Both the position numbers and the translations under genes were made by a program. A stretch of DNA of 64,000 bases from a virus: the IMG/VR virus record IMGVR_UViG_3300021091_003726, positions 24,292 through 88,291 of that record, one strand, 5' to 3'. The number at the start of each line of letters is the position of its first letter. The stretch's first letter is position 1. Shown here piece by piece: positions 18,001 to 29,128 of the stretch. The notes below the pieces were generated by a model, which saw only the letters and a program-made list of their open reading frames with translations, had not been told where the DNA came from and made no database searches.

Positions 18001-20798
18001 TCATATGAGGTGTTAATTGCCCCATTATAAAATCCTCCGGCTTTTAAAACCGACTTAATATATTTTACATATTCTCCAGTTGTTCCAACTGTCCAAGAAC
18101 TCGCCACGTTTCCGGTGTCTATATCCCAAGTGTAATCAAAATTTCTCCAAACAAGACTAGAAATCTCAAAAACAGAATCTTTTCCAGAAATAAGATTAAT
18201 ACATGGAACATCACTTTGTAATTGACCAGGAATTGTGCCTCCAGCGCTTACTACAGTTGGTTCTCCTTTTTGTATTATTTTATAATTTCTTACTACAGTT
18301 CCCACAGATCTCTTTAACTGTAATTGTCCCTCTCCCTGATAGTGTATTCTTATATTTGAAGAATATGATCCACTAAAAACGAGCGGTTTATCTGTTGCTG
18401 TTTGATATGAATAAGCTGTTTGTAATTCAAATGGGTACGCAATAAAGTAGTTTGTTGGATCAATATTGTTATTAAGTATTTTTGAATCTGAACTTTTTAG
18501 ACTAGGAATTTCTTTCACAACATATGGGCCAAATCCATCTGGTATATTTATAATTGGGGATATGGTATCTGTATATGCGTGAACAAAATTAGTTGAAGAT
18601 GGAATAAGGAACAAGCTATAAGAGCTCGCTATGTTTTCTTCTATCGAAGACGTCACTGATGTTGCGTTAGATATTAATACATCTGGATTTGTTATTTCGA
18701 TATAGAATTTTACAGAACTTAAATCAATAAAAGAAATTTTATCTCTTTGGTAAGTTGGAAGCGTTTCCGTTAACGAACGCAAATAATATTCGCCAACATT
18801 CAATCCTGACGGAAGAAGACTTCTTGCATATCTAGTTTCATTTGACTCAACAGTAACATTTACAAATAATTGTTCTTTTTCTTGCGTTAAAATTGCATCT
18901 TGATTCATGGCCCAAGATGAATTCCATTCTCCAACAAAATTAAATAAAGAAGATCTTGTATCTATCACCGTTGATGCATAAGCCCTTGAGTAAAGGGCGT
19001 ATGAAACCGAATTATATAAAAGTTTAAATGGACCTTCAACTACTGCTGAAATTAAACTTGTATCATTTTCTTCAAAAACAGATTCTTCATTATTTAATTT
19101 TAAAACAGTAGATTTTGAGGCGATACTATAAACTGAATTACAATATTCCAAAAAAGAAAAAGAAGTAAATATTATATTTCCTTGTGCTACAGCGTCGCCA
19201 GCTGTTGGAAACTCAAAAAGTGCACCAACTGAAGAGCTTGAAGACGAGCTGATGCCTATATTTAAAAAGCTTTTAGAAGAATCAACTCCAGATATTGTTC
19301 TGTATGAACCCTTTTTTAAACCAAAAATTCCATAGTCTTCGTTTTCAAATATACTGGAATCTATATTCCATCCACCATTTTTTGTTTCGTCAAGTATTTT
19401 TGAAGTTGTTACGTACTCATAGTATGTCGGCACAATTGTCGCATTAAATGCGTCTATCCTTATTTCTGGATGCAAGAACGGTTCTTCTGTGGGATATAGT
19501 GATCCGTCAACTAATAGTGTTCCATTATGAATTTTTACATAATTATTAATTAATATATTTGCTTTTTCGGAAAGTTTTTTTGTTGGACAAAATGTAAGTA
19601 TATCAAAATCTTTTAATGAATCAATTGACTGAATATCAACCATCCAGTAATTTGCTTTAGTTTTATCTAAATTGTTTATAGCTTCGCTTGTTGGATTTTT
19701 AAATTCAAATTTAGAAAAGTTAAATGGAGATTTTTGAAGTCTATAAAATACATATGGTTTAATAATTTCTAAGGATTGACTATCAAAAGAATCATATAAA
19801 ACACCAACATTTACTGTTTTTTGTTTTATACCAGTAGTTGTTTCTAAATCAGAAAAATAATCTATTAACTCCAGGTTAACTGATTGCTTTGATCTGGCTA
19901 TTAGTCTCCAATTGAATACTTCATAAGTTCTATTATCTGCTATCGCTCTTTTAGGAACAAAAACTTGATATCCGGTTGAATTAATATTAACGTTAAATAT
20001 ATCTGAATATTTTTTATTAAACTTTTTTATAGAAAATACTTTTTTATTATAATTATTATCTACAACAAAAGTTTCTTCTGGTATTGGCTTAAAATATTGA
20101 ATGGCGTTAATCGATTCTGAATACCTTAAGTATTGCGAAGTCGCTTTTCCGCTTGAATTGCACTCAATTTTATCGTAAATTAATTTAAGATTAATTGGAT
20201 CAGAAGAATCTAATCCTATAATTATTTTGTACGGTATTTCTGTGTCCTGATAATTATCTTCAGTTATAAATGGATCAAGTAATATTTTATATTTTTTTCT
20301 ACCACTATTTATATCTATATGATCTTGATTTTGAGAATTTAAAACTTTAATATTAAGTGATGAATACAGAGATTGAGGTATGTATTCTGATAAACCATAC
20401 GTGCTATAGTTTGTTGGAGCAGATATAAAAAATCTACTTACATAATAATAATGAAAAAATTCATCAGAATTTATTTCTGAAATATTTAACATTTCAGTTT
20501 GATAATCCTTAAGTAAAAAAGAATCACTTATTGATATGTCTTGGCTTGGAAATATTGTATTTCCTGTTTCATCTTCTAGAACGCCAAGCTCATTTGCGTA
20601 ATAAGTTTTTACTCCTCTATCTAAAAAAATTTTATTTTCAGGTATAGAATTTGATAAGTCTATAACAGTTAAATTATTTTTAGGCGATAATTCTTCATTG
20701 ACAAAATAGGCTATATTTGCTGCATCGGCGGGGACGGAAGAACCAACTTTTATTGCGTTTTCTTTTTCGCTAATTGTTATATTTTTAAATAGCTTCAT
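15021..20798 (-). CDS. Large virion protein, 1925 aa, with an internal peptidoglycan-binding domain
   Basis: PG_binding_1-like segment GTTGEYVKYIKSVLKAGGFY...AVTAFQ...DGKVDSQT (about 17900-18090). Confidence 0.7.
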   Translation of the reverse strand: MKLFKNITISEKENAIKVGSSVPADAANIAYFVNEELSPKNNLTVIDLSNSIPENKIFLDRGVKTYYANELGVLEDETGNTIFPSQDISISDSFLLKDYQTEMLNISEINSDEFFHYYYVSRFFISAPTNYSTYGLSEYIPQSLYSSLNIKVLNSQNQDHIDINSGRKKYKILLDPFITEDNYQDTEIPYKIIIGLDSSDPINLKLIYDKIECNSSGKATSQYLRYSESINAIQYFKPIPEETFVVDNNYNKKVFSIKKFNKKYSDIFNVNINSTGYQVFVPKRAIADNRTYEVFNWRLIARSKQSVNLELIDYFSDLETTTGIKQKTVNVGVLYDSFDSQSLEIIKPYVFYRLQKSPFNFSKFEFKNPTSEAINNLDKTKANYWMVDIQSIDSLKDFDILTFCPTKKLSEKANILINNYVKIHNGTLLVDGSLYPTEEPFLHPEIRIDAFNATIVPTYYEYVTTSKILDETKNGGWNIDSSIFENEDYGIFGLKKGSYRTISGVDSSKSFLNIGISSSSSSSVGALFEFPTAGDAVAQGNIIFTSFSFLEYCNSVYSIASKSTVLKLNNEESVFEENDTSLISAVVEGPFKLLYNSVSYALYSRAYASTVIDTRSSLFNFVGEWNSSWAMNQDAILTQEKEQLFVNVTVESNETRYARSLLPSGLNVGEYYLRSLTETLPTYQRDKISFIDLSSVKFYIEITNPDVLISNATSVTSSIEENIASSYSLFLIPSSTNFVHAYTDTISPIINIPDGFGPYVVKEIPSLKSSDSKILNNNIDPTNYFIAYPFELQTAYSYQTATDKPLVFSGSYSSNIRIHYQGEGQLQLKRSVGTVVRNYKIIQKGEPTVVSAGGTIPGQLQSDVPCINLISGKDSVFEISSLVWRNFDYTWDIDTGNVASSWTVGTTGEYVKYIKSVLKAGGFYNGAINTSYDSAASSAVTAFQNKMKTTNVRFDGIVDGKVDSQTKSLFVSAMSLGIINLATAKNLCNSNGVLKYYEAALSQSNINKINSGGKYRRISYSGGGLGTQVTRIQDVIFFTIPDGAETVKNVKINFGTLENWRNVTVVSYGFAPVNHAANNVSFTNTTNNSLYTGYTVNKKPDSSGNVVLSMHNQPIGNCKYGYIYFRTNDTVINQSKYGNAEGYQIKSIRCDIVGSATTTAPVYGDPEETEVPVSETYNAFPSLNKPEIEDIANYWIENNSNVYYDGTSLKSNQSGYLIYTVDTEKYYSWNGSSWSEVSFSENTEKNIRVDTKVITKIVDAHIQATTAEKFSALSALKNHTIKYDTNTIKTTTLTFNSLVYNYLNKSYTESLSSSIKLSTNNFTASSGVVFDFTKPLYVDLNGSNSASITSLVSETGSDVSSPSSVLSINYLETNPSSGNATRLTIETSATYYSGSNVISTPLTYVNQYLMKNLNNVIVPKKESITTLDGTLLLCNEFGKPIGIPTGSEISSYFGSTATEQEKDARLGFVYVKNRISEQDGFIYGFYDFAQKEFLGDTVSYVDMIARGINNIFLAVSAYDSDGNTQNIIDYIGPKVSTTFIPTNVPIKKICPVYSVKYDSGTAIKIGNMDSYVDKKQAWPLIITSGSFTKSINIASISIHLVGEDWKSDYANQNLIATYDTTLAKGINWSNIFGRGYYDVKNEKPILVSDKQIKLRQTPLLVWPEPTNYKNSVAPLFKPQIEIYIKETSSSEWEKLSFSEVRDYNCNSGLIEFNNRVIPSDENLIKVNYVIKNFDLMIYQSNGEAVPLNPFLNSKNIKFNKPLYIYILPTKINKLSTNSSNTAEYIPLQEYVPSYPYNFTYDSQIFNQYSPKHDPFALPIGIIYFTNNPNKKQTEIYDTRLRGGGVAAEYQFVEIDSKIDNLLSNWDVYPIHGCSYPRGGFVVLRIPDEVKNNFENIEEIYDIIRRNLTAGVSFQIQNLDGEIWEI

Positions 20799-23700
20799 TT
20801 AGCTATCCTCGTAATCTGAATTTAAGTCTTGATATTCTGAAATAATATTTGGTGTTGATCCGAAAAAGCCCATCTGATATTGATCATATCTGCTAATTGG
20901 AAACCATCTTGGTGGATACCAATTAACAGTTGAGGCTGATTGATTATCAAATTCCATATTATAATGCTGATAAGTAAAACCTGGACTATCTATAATCTCT
21001 GAACCAGAACTAGGTATAGCCGTATACGATCCCGGAAGAGGAACTAGTTCATTTGAATAATGTAAATTGTCGTAATTTTCATACCAATAAACTATGTCAC
21101 CATATATAGTAACGGGTGTTAATGATGGAGTAGAAGCTAATTCTGTTTCCATGGAAACAAACCAATAACCAGGTTTTGTTCTATCTTGAGCATAAAATGG
21201 TCCAATATTAAAATTACCATATTCGTCAGCATATACTATGCCCGCAGTTCCATATCTGCCTGGAGTACTTTGACTGACAGAGTAATCGACTTCTTCCAGA
21301 GAAGAATAAGCTGTTCTTGCTTTTTTCCAATAAATTACCGGAGTACTTGATGGGGGAACATTGCCCTGTCTTATGTATCCCTTAATATATATGTCTCCAA
21401 GCCCATCAGCTTTAATATTCATTTTATCTGGAGCTGCTTTGAAATTATATGTATGAATATTGCTAATAGCAAGATCAATTAAATATGAATCTTCAAATGT
21501 ACCAGCACTACTATTTCCGTGGGCATGGGGTGCCGGATAAGAAATGCCAGAAATGTGTACTTCTATTTGAGTTTTTTCTGCTGGTGTAGGACCAGAGTAC
21601 TTAAAACTTGTAGTAGCAAAACCGTTTTGATTAGTTGTTACATATTCGTTTTCTGCTGTTATTTCATCGCCATAAATTCTAAATGTTTGATATGGTTTTG
21701 GATTTTTATTTATATCATAAGAGACAATAGAAATATATATAATGTCATCTGATGTATCAAATATCTTTTGTGGCGATATCCAAACACCAGCTGTATCAAA
21801 GTCGTAATCATAATCAGATACAAAAACAAATCCTTCGTCTATCGGGTTGCTTAAAGAATTTAAGTAAAGACCAGAAGGAGTACTGGTTTTATATTTTGAA
21901 CCTTCATATGTTATGCTGTATAACGATGTCAATTGTGGTGTTGATGAAAAATATATTTTACCAAAATAATCATCTAAATTAGAATCATAATAATTTTTAT
22001 CAATGTAAAAAGAATTGTTAACCGTATAAGTAACTAAATACTCTCTGCCGGGTATTATTCTACTTTCATAAGTTTCATTATTTAATATATAAAATTCATT
22101 ATTGTTTAAAGAATATATTTGATTTCCACTTTGAATAAAATCAGGATTAAATATATAATATTCTGTTTCATCGTTTTCATCTATTATATAATTGCCAGCT
22201 TGATCTACTGAAGTCCATATATAAAATTCTGGATTTAAACTAGATTGAACTAACACATTTCCAGTATAAGTATCTTGAAGTGTGATGTTAGAAATATTTG
22301 GGTATGCTAAATATAATGCAGCGTTGTCGGATCCGATAACCGTTTCTTCATTATAAAATGTTAAATTTCCAGGAGTAGATGCGTCGGCGAATAGCAATTC
22401 ATCGTATTGTACCGTTGCTTCGTTATTATATACATTAATTATGACTGGAGCACCTTGTCTTGGTGTGTCTGTTAATTGCAATTCAAAAAATTGTCCAGTG
22501 TAAGCTTCTATAATTGGAGCTGAATATATATAATATTCATTATCGGGCAGGTCTAGCCATCCGACATTTACATCTGGTTGTTTTGTATCTAAAAGACTTA
22601 TGTTTTTATTATCATAATAATCTGCATAGTGTGCATTTACTGTTATTTCACCATATTCATATACCTGAGTATTTGGATTATATATTTCTTCTATAAAATT
22701 AACAGCGGAATCTGGAGCAAAACCACTTGAACTAACTTGTTTATTGGGTATAGAAAGAATAACATCTTCACTCGTGCTAACGGCATCTATTGAAGTTATT
22801 ATATAATTTTCGTTATCTTCTTGGCTCAAACCAAAAGATTGTCTAGATAAACTACATCTTGTAACAAATGAATCAATCTGACTAGAATATATTGATCTAC
22901 CAGAATCTTCTATTGTTTCTGTATCTTTGTATGCGTTTCCATATTTGTCTAAATACCCATAAATCATCGGCGTGCTTGAAAGGGGTTCGTTTAGCTGCGA
23001 CCAAACTGGAGATTTAAACGGATAATATGGAGTTGAAGATGTACCAGTAGTAATTATAAATGTTTCTGAACCAGTATCATAATTAACAGTCGCTGCCTCA
23101 AAATAACCTGAAGAGACTGCGGAATAAGTATTCTCTTCTGGATAATTAAATTTTTCATTATAAATATTTAGTATAATGTTCGGCGATGCTGGAATAAAAT
23201 ATTCCACATCATCAATATGATTATGTGATATTCCGCCATGTTCTGGGTCTTTTAATTCAAGAGTTTGAATTGTATTGTATAACGGTTCTGGATTTATTTT
23301 TTTACTACTAAAATAAATATTTTGTGGAGTTGAACCAATTGGAAAAATTAAAGGTGCTTTTATTTCATCCTTTGTTATCAACGCGTCATCTAGTATGGAT
23401 GAATCATTGAATGAATTAACAACCATCCTTCCTTCTATCGTATCAGTTGTTCCTGTAATATTTTTTGTTCCATATACTGTAGATCCTATTTTAAAATTTG
23501 AATTTACATAGTTTATATTTGGAGTTGAAAGAGAAATATATGAACTAGGATCTGGATTAACCCAGTATCCTCTTCCATCTTCATTAAATGCAATTCTATA
23601 CCCCGCATACGAATTTGTAACATAAGAATGTGTTGATTCATCCCATTTTGATTTTGCAACTATTCTAATTTCTGAAGCTTTATAAATATCAATTGAATTA

Positions 23701-25641
23701 GTATTAGGTGTAGCCTGAGTATTTACATATGAATAATCATAAGTTTTTTCTTTGAAAGAAAGATTTTCATTTGTTAATCCATCTGAATTTACAACTTGTA
23801 TTAAGTTATACTCTGGGCTAGCGTCGCTTGACTGTAAATAATAGTTCTTGACAAAAAAATCATCTCTATCAAGATACGACATATTTGTATAAAATACAGA
23901 CGGAGTTGCATATTGATTATGGGCCGGCATGTGTATTTCGTAAACCACAGAAACACCAGCATTATACGGTGTTGCCGAGTTTGGATTACTTACATCTGGA
24001 TTGGGAACAGGTCCCAATATGTAATCCGCATAATATTTAAAATCTATTTCTATTGGATTATAGTGATCCTTATACGAGGAAATCATAAATCCATCTGCTT
24101 TAAAATATCCCTCAAAAGACAGTGTCGCAGAACTATCAGATGTTATTAAAAGTTTACCATCTTCAAAATCACCAAATCCAGGTTGAAAATATTCTCCCAA
24201 TGGCGTAGCGGTGTCATAAACAAATGGGATATGAGACATCCCTTCTCCAGATAGTCCCGCGTAATCCCATATTGCCTCATCCCAATTGGCATACCCCATG
24301 TTTGATGGATATTTTTCGTTTATATATCTAACAAAAGAATAAAAATCTTTTGATGGGTTTCCATCAAAGGAAACATACGGAGCTGAAGATTCAATATCAG
24401 TAATCTCTAATATTTCCGGTGTAGCTCCAAAATAATCAGAACTTGGAGTAGATCCATAGGCCCTCCAAATATCTAATTCTCTTCTCAGTGTTAACTTTAA
24501 TCCGTTTAAATCTACTGAAGTAGGATTTTTATATACGTCTAATATTCTCTTTTTGTAATTAGAATTATTTTCTAAATACAGTCTTTTTAACGCAACCCTT
24601 GATCCAAACTCATCAAATATATTAAAGTAAAGCATGGCGTCTTGATCATAAGTTTTACCGTCTATTGATAAATTATTAAATTTTTTAAGAGTTATTATTT
24701 GATTATCTACAAAATTATGATAATAAACATAATCTGTTTTTCTTGATTCATAAAAATTTTCTAAGGAGCTGGATTTTGCAAGTTGTATTCCGTCACCAGA
24801 AACAGAAATAGCGGAAGATGGCACAGAATAAGATACATAAACCCAATCTATAACATCTTCATCTGCGGTTGATATAAAAGAATTTATGTCTTGTAGGTTT
24901 AATTCTGACTCAAAATCATCTAAATATTCTCCAACTAAAGATGAAATAAATTTTCCACCAACAGATTGTGGAATTCTTAAAGAAGGTGTGGCTGCTTCTA
25001 TTGAGTCTTCATAAAGTGCTGTCCATGTTGGAAATTTAGAAAGTATACTTCTAGCTGAATCTGATATAACAGGAGTTTCTACATCGTGTATTAATACATT
25101 TATAAAAAGTAATAAACCAAGAGCTGTTACATCTTCTACTTCAGAAAAGATTTCTAATTGTATTTTTACATATTTTTTTGAATTAAATAAAAAAATAGAA
25201 GAAGAATCTATTGTTATTTCCGACTTCATCCATGGACCAGACTCATTGTCTGATTCATATATTTGAAAATTAAATGTTGGTGTTTCGCTTCCGTACAAGA
25301 TTTGTGAAAGCGTGTTTATAAGAAACGATATCAATCCTTGAGCTTGTATCTATAAATCTTATAATATCAGGAGAAGCGGATTCGTAAACTACTTCACCAT
25401 AGTTTGTTACATAAACTGCATTTGGATCATATGATTCTAAAGCTGAACCAGAGGTAGATGGCGAAGATAATTCTGTTCCAACAAAAGTGTAATCACCTAT
25501 TAAATTTAATCCAGTAGAAGATCTTTTATATGAATAATTTTTATAAAATTTATTGTTGTACAAATAAATAGGATCAGTAGTCCAAATATTACCAACCTTG
25601 TTGAAATCTCCACTACGAAGACCCAAAAGATAATTTTTCAT
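20799..25641 (-). CDS. Large baseplate wedge-like protein, about 1613 aa, encoded across a +1 frameshift (joins track ORFs 25270..25641 and 20799..25334)
   Basis: GAGG RBS at the 25641 start. ...CTT GTA CGG AAG reads through as LV-G-SETPTFNFQ if one base is skipped. Contains a wedge-like motif FDEFGSRVALKRLYLENNSNYKKRI and C-terminal Ig-like domains. Confidence 0.75.
25290..25293 (-). other. +1 frameshift site 1 (CGG-A)
   Basis: Minus strand GTA CGG AAG becomes GTA [C] GGA AGC; the 0 frame stops 7 codons after the CGG. Confidence 0.8.
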
Positions 25642-25657
25642 TACTGATCCTCTTTAA

Positions 25658-26914
25658 TTAATCTAGCCAAATAGAATACTCAGAAGTAATACCATTTTCT
25701 GGATGTATGTACATAAGGTGTTGACACGGTCTGCTCATGGAAGAAAAAAACTCTTGAGCGTATGTATTGTTGCTTTCTGGAGAACCAGAAATTCTCAATA
25801 AAGTGCTACCAATAGTCATTTTAAATTGCTGATGATAATGACCCATAAATACATCATCAAAATGCTCTGGAATGGCTCCGTCTTTCCAGCCCATTACTTT
25901 TTTATAGTAACCATAATAGGACGTTGGTGCAGGTAATTGATCGCCATGAATTAATAGTGAGTTATAGTTTCCTACGGTATCTACCGCGTACCAATTTCTT
26001 TCTCCTTTACCATCGGGAATGTTAAAAGTAATTCTGTCTTCATTTGAAAACATTAGTTCTACAATTTTATAAAGAAGTCGATCCATATTTGTTTCTGGAT
26101 CATGCTGTTTTTTCATTCTACCGCCGACCGCTCCATGATTCCCTATTACACCAATTACGTGCACGTGTTCAAAATTTTCTAAGGCTGTAGTCAAAAATGC
26201 ATTTAAAATTCTTGGTCCATTAATTCCAACCTGCCTATATAAACCGGAATCTATAAGATGGCTTTGACCAGGAAAAATTTCTTCTCCCTCTACTATATCC
26301 CCCAAAAGCCAAACATGTAGATCATTTACATTGTGATCCATTCTTTGGATTTCAGTAATTTCCAACAACTTATTTGTATATTCTTCAATTCTAGTTTCTA
26401 AAACTGAAGAATTATATGTTGGTGTTACCTTTCCCAGCTGCCAATCGGAAAATACTGCAACCGCGGTTTCTGGTAGTTTATCTTTAATTTTTTTAAAAGA
26501 AGGAGCTTTTATTTTTGGAAATTCCAAACTAGAAAAAGCGTCGTACGCTGCTGCGTAAGCGGCCTTTACGACTTCATCTTGAACATTTTTTAATGTCTCA
26601 ACTCTTTTGGCAAGTTTTTTATTTTCTGATCTTAAAAATTCATTTCTTGAATCAGATATTGCCGATGCTTGATCGTCCGACTCGTATTCATCATCATACG
26701 ATGATGGATCTTCTACCGTAATAACAGAAGATTGAGTATACATTGAATCTTTATCGTTGATAAAATCAGTAATTTCATCATCACCTATTTCAACCACATG
26801 CAATGAATCACCGAGTAAGTCACCATTTCCAACACCTTCAAAAACAATACTTTTTGCTTGCCCAATATTTGGAGCGCGAACTATATACTTATTTGTTATA
26901 ACAAAATTTTTCAT
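25658..26914 (-). CDS. Calcineurin-like metallophosphoesterase with an acidic/coiled-coil N-terminus
   Basis: SDWQLG, LGDIVEG, GNHG, HGD and GHYH motifs. Confidence 0.85.
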   Translation of the reverse strand: MKNFVITNKYIVRAPNIGQAKSIVFEGVGNGDLLGDSLHVVEIGDDEITDFINDKDSMYTQSSVITVEDPSSYDDEYESDDQASAISDSRNEFLRSENKKLAKRVETLKNVQDEVVKAAYAAAYDAFSSLEFPKIKAPSFKKIKDKLPETAVAVFSDWQLGKVTPTYNSSVLETRIEEYTNKLLEITEIQRMDHNVNDLHVWLLGDIVEGEEIFPGQSHLIDSGLYRQVGINGPRILNAFLTTALENFEHVHVIGVIGNHGAVGGRMKKQHDPETNMDRLLYKIVELMFSNEDRITFNIPDGKGERNWYAVDTVGNYNSLLIHGDQLPAPTSYYGYYKKVMGWKDGAIPEHFDDVFMGHYHQQFKMTIGSTLLRISGSPESNNTYAQEFFSSMSRPCQHLMYIHPENGITSEYSIWLD

Positions 26915-26941
26915 ATATCAAAGACCTGTAACTTTTTTATG

Positions 26942-28111
26942 TTAATAATTTGATTGACCCATTATAACAGATAAAACACTAACGCTTCCAGCGCCAGGAT
27001 AAACTTTATCGCTAGACGGAGTAAAATCTTTTATGGATATAGATTCACCATTCGCACTTAAGGAATTGATTGTAACATACCTAATAAAGTCTGAAGAAAG
27101 TCTTACTTGTCTTTCTATTTCTCCAACAGAAACAGTGTCTCCTATTGTAAGTGAATTTAAATATCTTTTTACAAAGAGCGCCGCTTGATTTTTTATTCCA
27201 GCTTCTATTGTACTGTTTGCTGCGGATGCTACCGTAATGCTCAATTGAACGTCTATTGGTATTTGTTCTGCTATTCTAATGTTAAATCTTACACCAGCTG
27301 GTTTAACAGATGCTATGGATGATAATATTGTGTCTGGCATTCTTTTAATTCCAGACAATGATTCTGGAACAACAATTATGTCACAAGATCCTACTCCATA
27401 AGAACCTTCTCGTATTCTTACATCTCTTACACCCTTAACGGAAAGAGCGGCAAATCGTATTGATTCTGTTGTACCTGCAGCTCTGGTTTTAATTGATGAA
27501 ATTATTCTTCTTCTAAAATTATCATCTGATTCAGAGTTAACTGCCGAATATATTTCTTTTGTATTTATACAGTTGGCAACGACTCCTGGTGGCGCAATGA
27601 AGTTGTGTTGAGTTATAGAGCCTATTGTGGCTACATATGTGTTGTCATCGAAATCTGGGACAGCCAAACCATATGCCCTAGTTGTACCAGCAACTATCGT
27701 AATGTCACCATTTAATTTAAATCTATACTGTCTTATTGCGTAGCTCTCTACGTCAGTATAAAGATATGTTCCACCAGGAATTATTATATTTTGGCTATAT
27801 GGATTTTGTATAAAAAATTCTATATTAAAAGATTGTCTTTCAAGCGCTGCTGCATCGGATATTTGTTTTCTTGAAACGCCATACAGTTCGCCAATTAAAT
27901 CAAGATTTCTTCCATTTGCGGTAGAAAGAGCACCCTGTCTAATTGTAAAGTTTAAAGATGAATATAAATCTGCTATTTCTGTACTAAAAGCTTCAGCAAA
28001 AGCCCTGGCAATAGAACCTGGATAGGCAGCTGATATCCCCGCATTTCGCTCCATTGAATTCAGCACATTAACTAAAATGTCTGATTTTTCTTTTTCTCCA
28101 TATATAGGCAT
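26942..28111 (-). CDS. Baseplate J-like (gp6/gp47-type) wedge protein
   Basis: TANGRNLDLIGELYGVSR, ESDDNFRRRI, AGTTESIRFAALSVKGVRDV, and YLNSLTIGD. Confidence 0.9.
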   Translation of the reverse strand: MPIYGEKEKSDILVNVLNSMERNAGISAAYPGSIARAFAEAFSTEIADLYSSLNFTIRQGALSTANGRNLDLIGELYGVSRKQISDAAALERQSFNIEFFIQNPYSQNIIIPGGTYLYTDVESYAIRQYRFKLNGDITIVAGTTRAYGLAVPDFDDNTYVATIGSITQHNFIAPPGVVANCINTKEIYSAVNSESDDNFRRRIISSIKTRAAGTTESIRFAALSVKGVRDVRIREGSYGVGSCDIIVVPESLSGIKRMPDTILSSIASVKPAGVRFNIRIAEQIPIDVQLSITVASAANSTIEAGIKNQAALFVKRYLNSLTIGDTVSVGEIERQVRLSSDFIRYVTINSLSANGESISIKDFTPSSDKVYPGAGSVSVLSVIMGQSNY

Positions 28112-28492
28112 TTAGGCTCCCAGGCTTTGAGTTACTGAAAGAACTATTGGGTCTGTTTTATCTGTTATCATATGAACATCAAATCTAATTGAGTCTGGAC
28201 CGGTTGGAATTGCATCTATAACCATACTTCTTCCCCTAAAAACATCCTCTTTTTCTAGGGCAGCCCTTATTAATCGCTTTCCCATTTCTCCAGTTTCTTT
28301 TGATTGTGGCATACCATATAGTACAGACAAATCAGTTCCCAAAGAAGGATAGATATAAAAATCTCCCGGTTCAGTCATAAGCCTTAAGTAAACCTGCTGT
28401 ATGTCGTCTTGGGCGGAAGACGTTGTAATGGCTATATCTTTATTTCCATTAATTAATATATCACCAGTCATTGTAAAGTATAAATCAGACAT
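28112..28492 (-). CDS. gp25/W-like baseplate wedge (sheath initiator) protein
   Basis: GDI...QQVYLRLMTEPGD...YPSLGTDL...IRAAL pattern; adjacent to J. Confidence 0.85.
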   Translation of the reverse strand: MSDLYFTMTGDILINGNKDIAITTSSAQDDIQQVYLRLMTEPGDFYIYPSLGTDLSVLYGMPQSKETGEMGKRLIRAALEKEDVFRGRSMVIDAIPTGPDSIRFDVHMITDKTDPIVLSVTQSLGA

Positions 28493-29123
28493 TCTTTATT
28501 TCATCCGCCTTGCTCTTTGCTTGCGCAAATGTATAACCTTCTTTAATTAAACCAACCATATATTCTATATAATCGGGAGTATGTTCAGCTAATATGTTCT
28601 GCACTAATAAGATTTGATCTTCGGATAAACCTTCTGTGGAAATTAAAGAGCTATAATTCTGAGTGATTTCTGGTTCTTTTGACGCAAAACCATAATCACT
28701 TTCTATAGTAATGGTTTTTTGTTTTTCTGATTCTTCTATATTTTTAAGTTTAGCCAAATAATGATACGCATCGTTTTGGGCATTGTGTATTGATCTGTGA
28801 TCAATTTGGACTAATGTTGGCTGAGAATAATCAATAGCTGAATAATTAAAATTAAAATTATTCCATCTTAATCCGTTTTCAGAACAAAAAAATCTAATTT
28901 TATCTGCAAATAAAGATATGCTCTTATTAGCTCCACTTATAACTATGCCCACACCCGGAGCCGCAAAAATTTCTATATCACCATCATCATTTAATCTAAT
29001 AAATGAACTATTATCTGGATGGTTTAAGCCAACTTCTCTTTTTGAAAATTCATTTCTTCTCTTTAATTCATCAGATATAGGAAAATTTTTTTCTGGTTCT
29101 ATATCACTTGGATAACTGGTCAT
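28485..29123 (-). CDS. Probable baseplate spike beta-helix protein (C-terminal part of gpV/gp5)
   Basis: HPDNSSFIRLNDDGDIEIFAAPGVGIVIS beta-strand repeats; lies between the OB-fold gene and gp25. Confidence 0.55.
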   Translation of the reverse strand: MTSYPSDIEPEKNFPISDELKRRNEFSKREVGLNHPDNSSFIRLNDDGDIEIFAAPGVGIVISGANKSISLFADKIRFFCSENGLRWNNFNFNYSAIDYSQPTLVQIDHRSIHNAQNDAYHYLAKLKNIEESEKQKTITIESDYGFASKEPEITQNYSSLISTEGLSEDQILLVQNILAEHTPDYIEYMVGLIKEGYTFAQAKSKADEIKNV

Positions 29124-29128
29124 AATTA

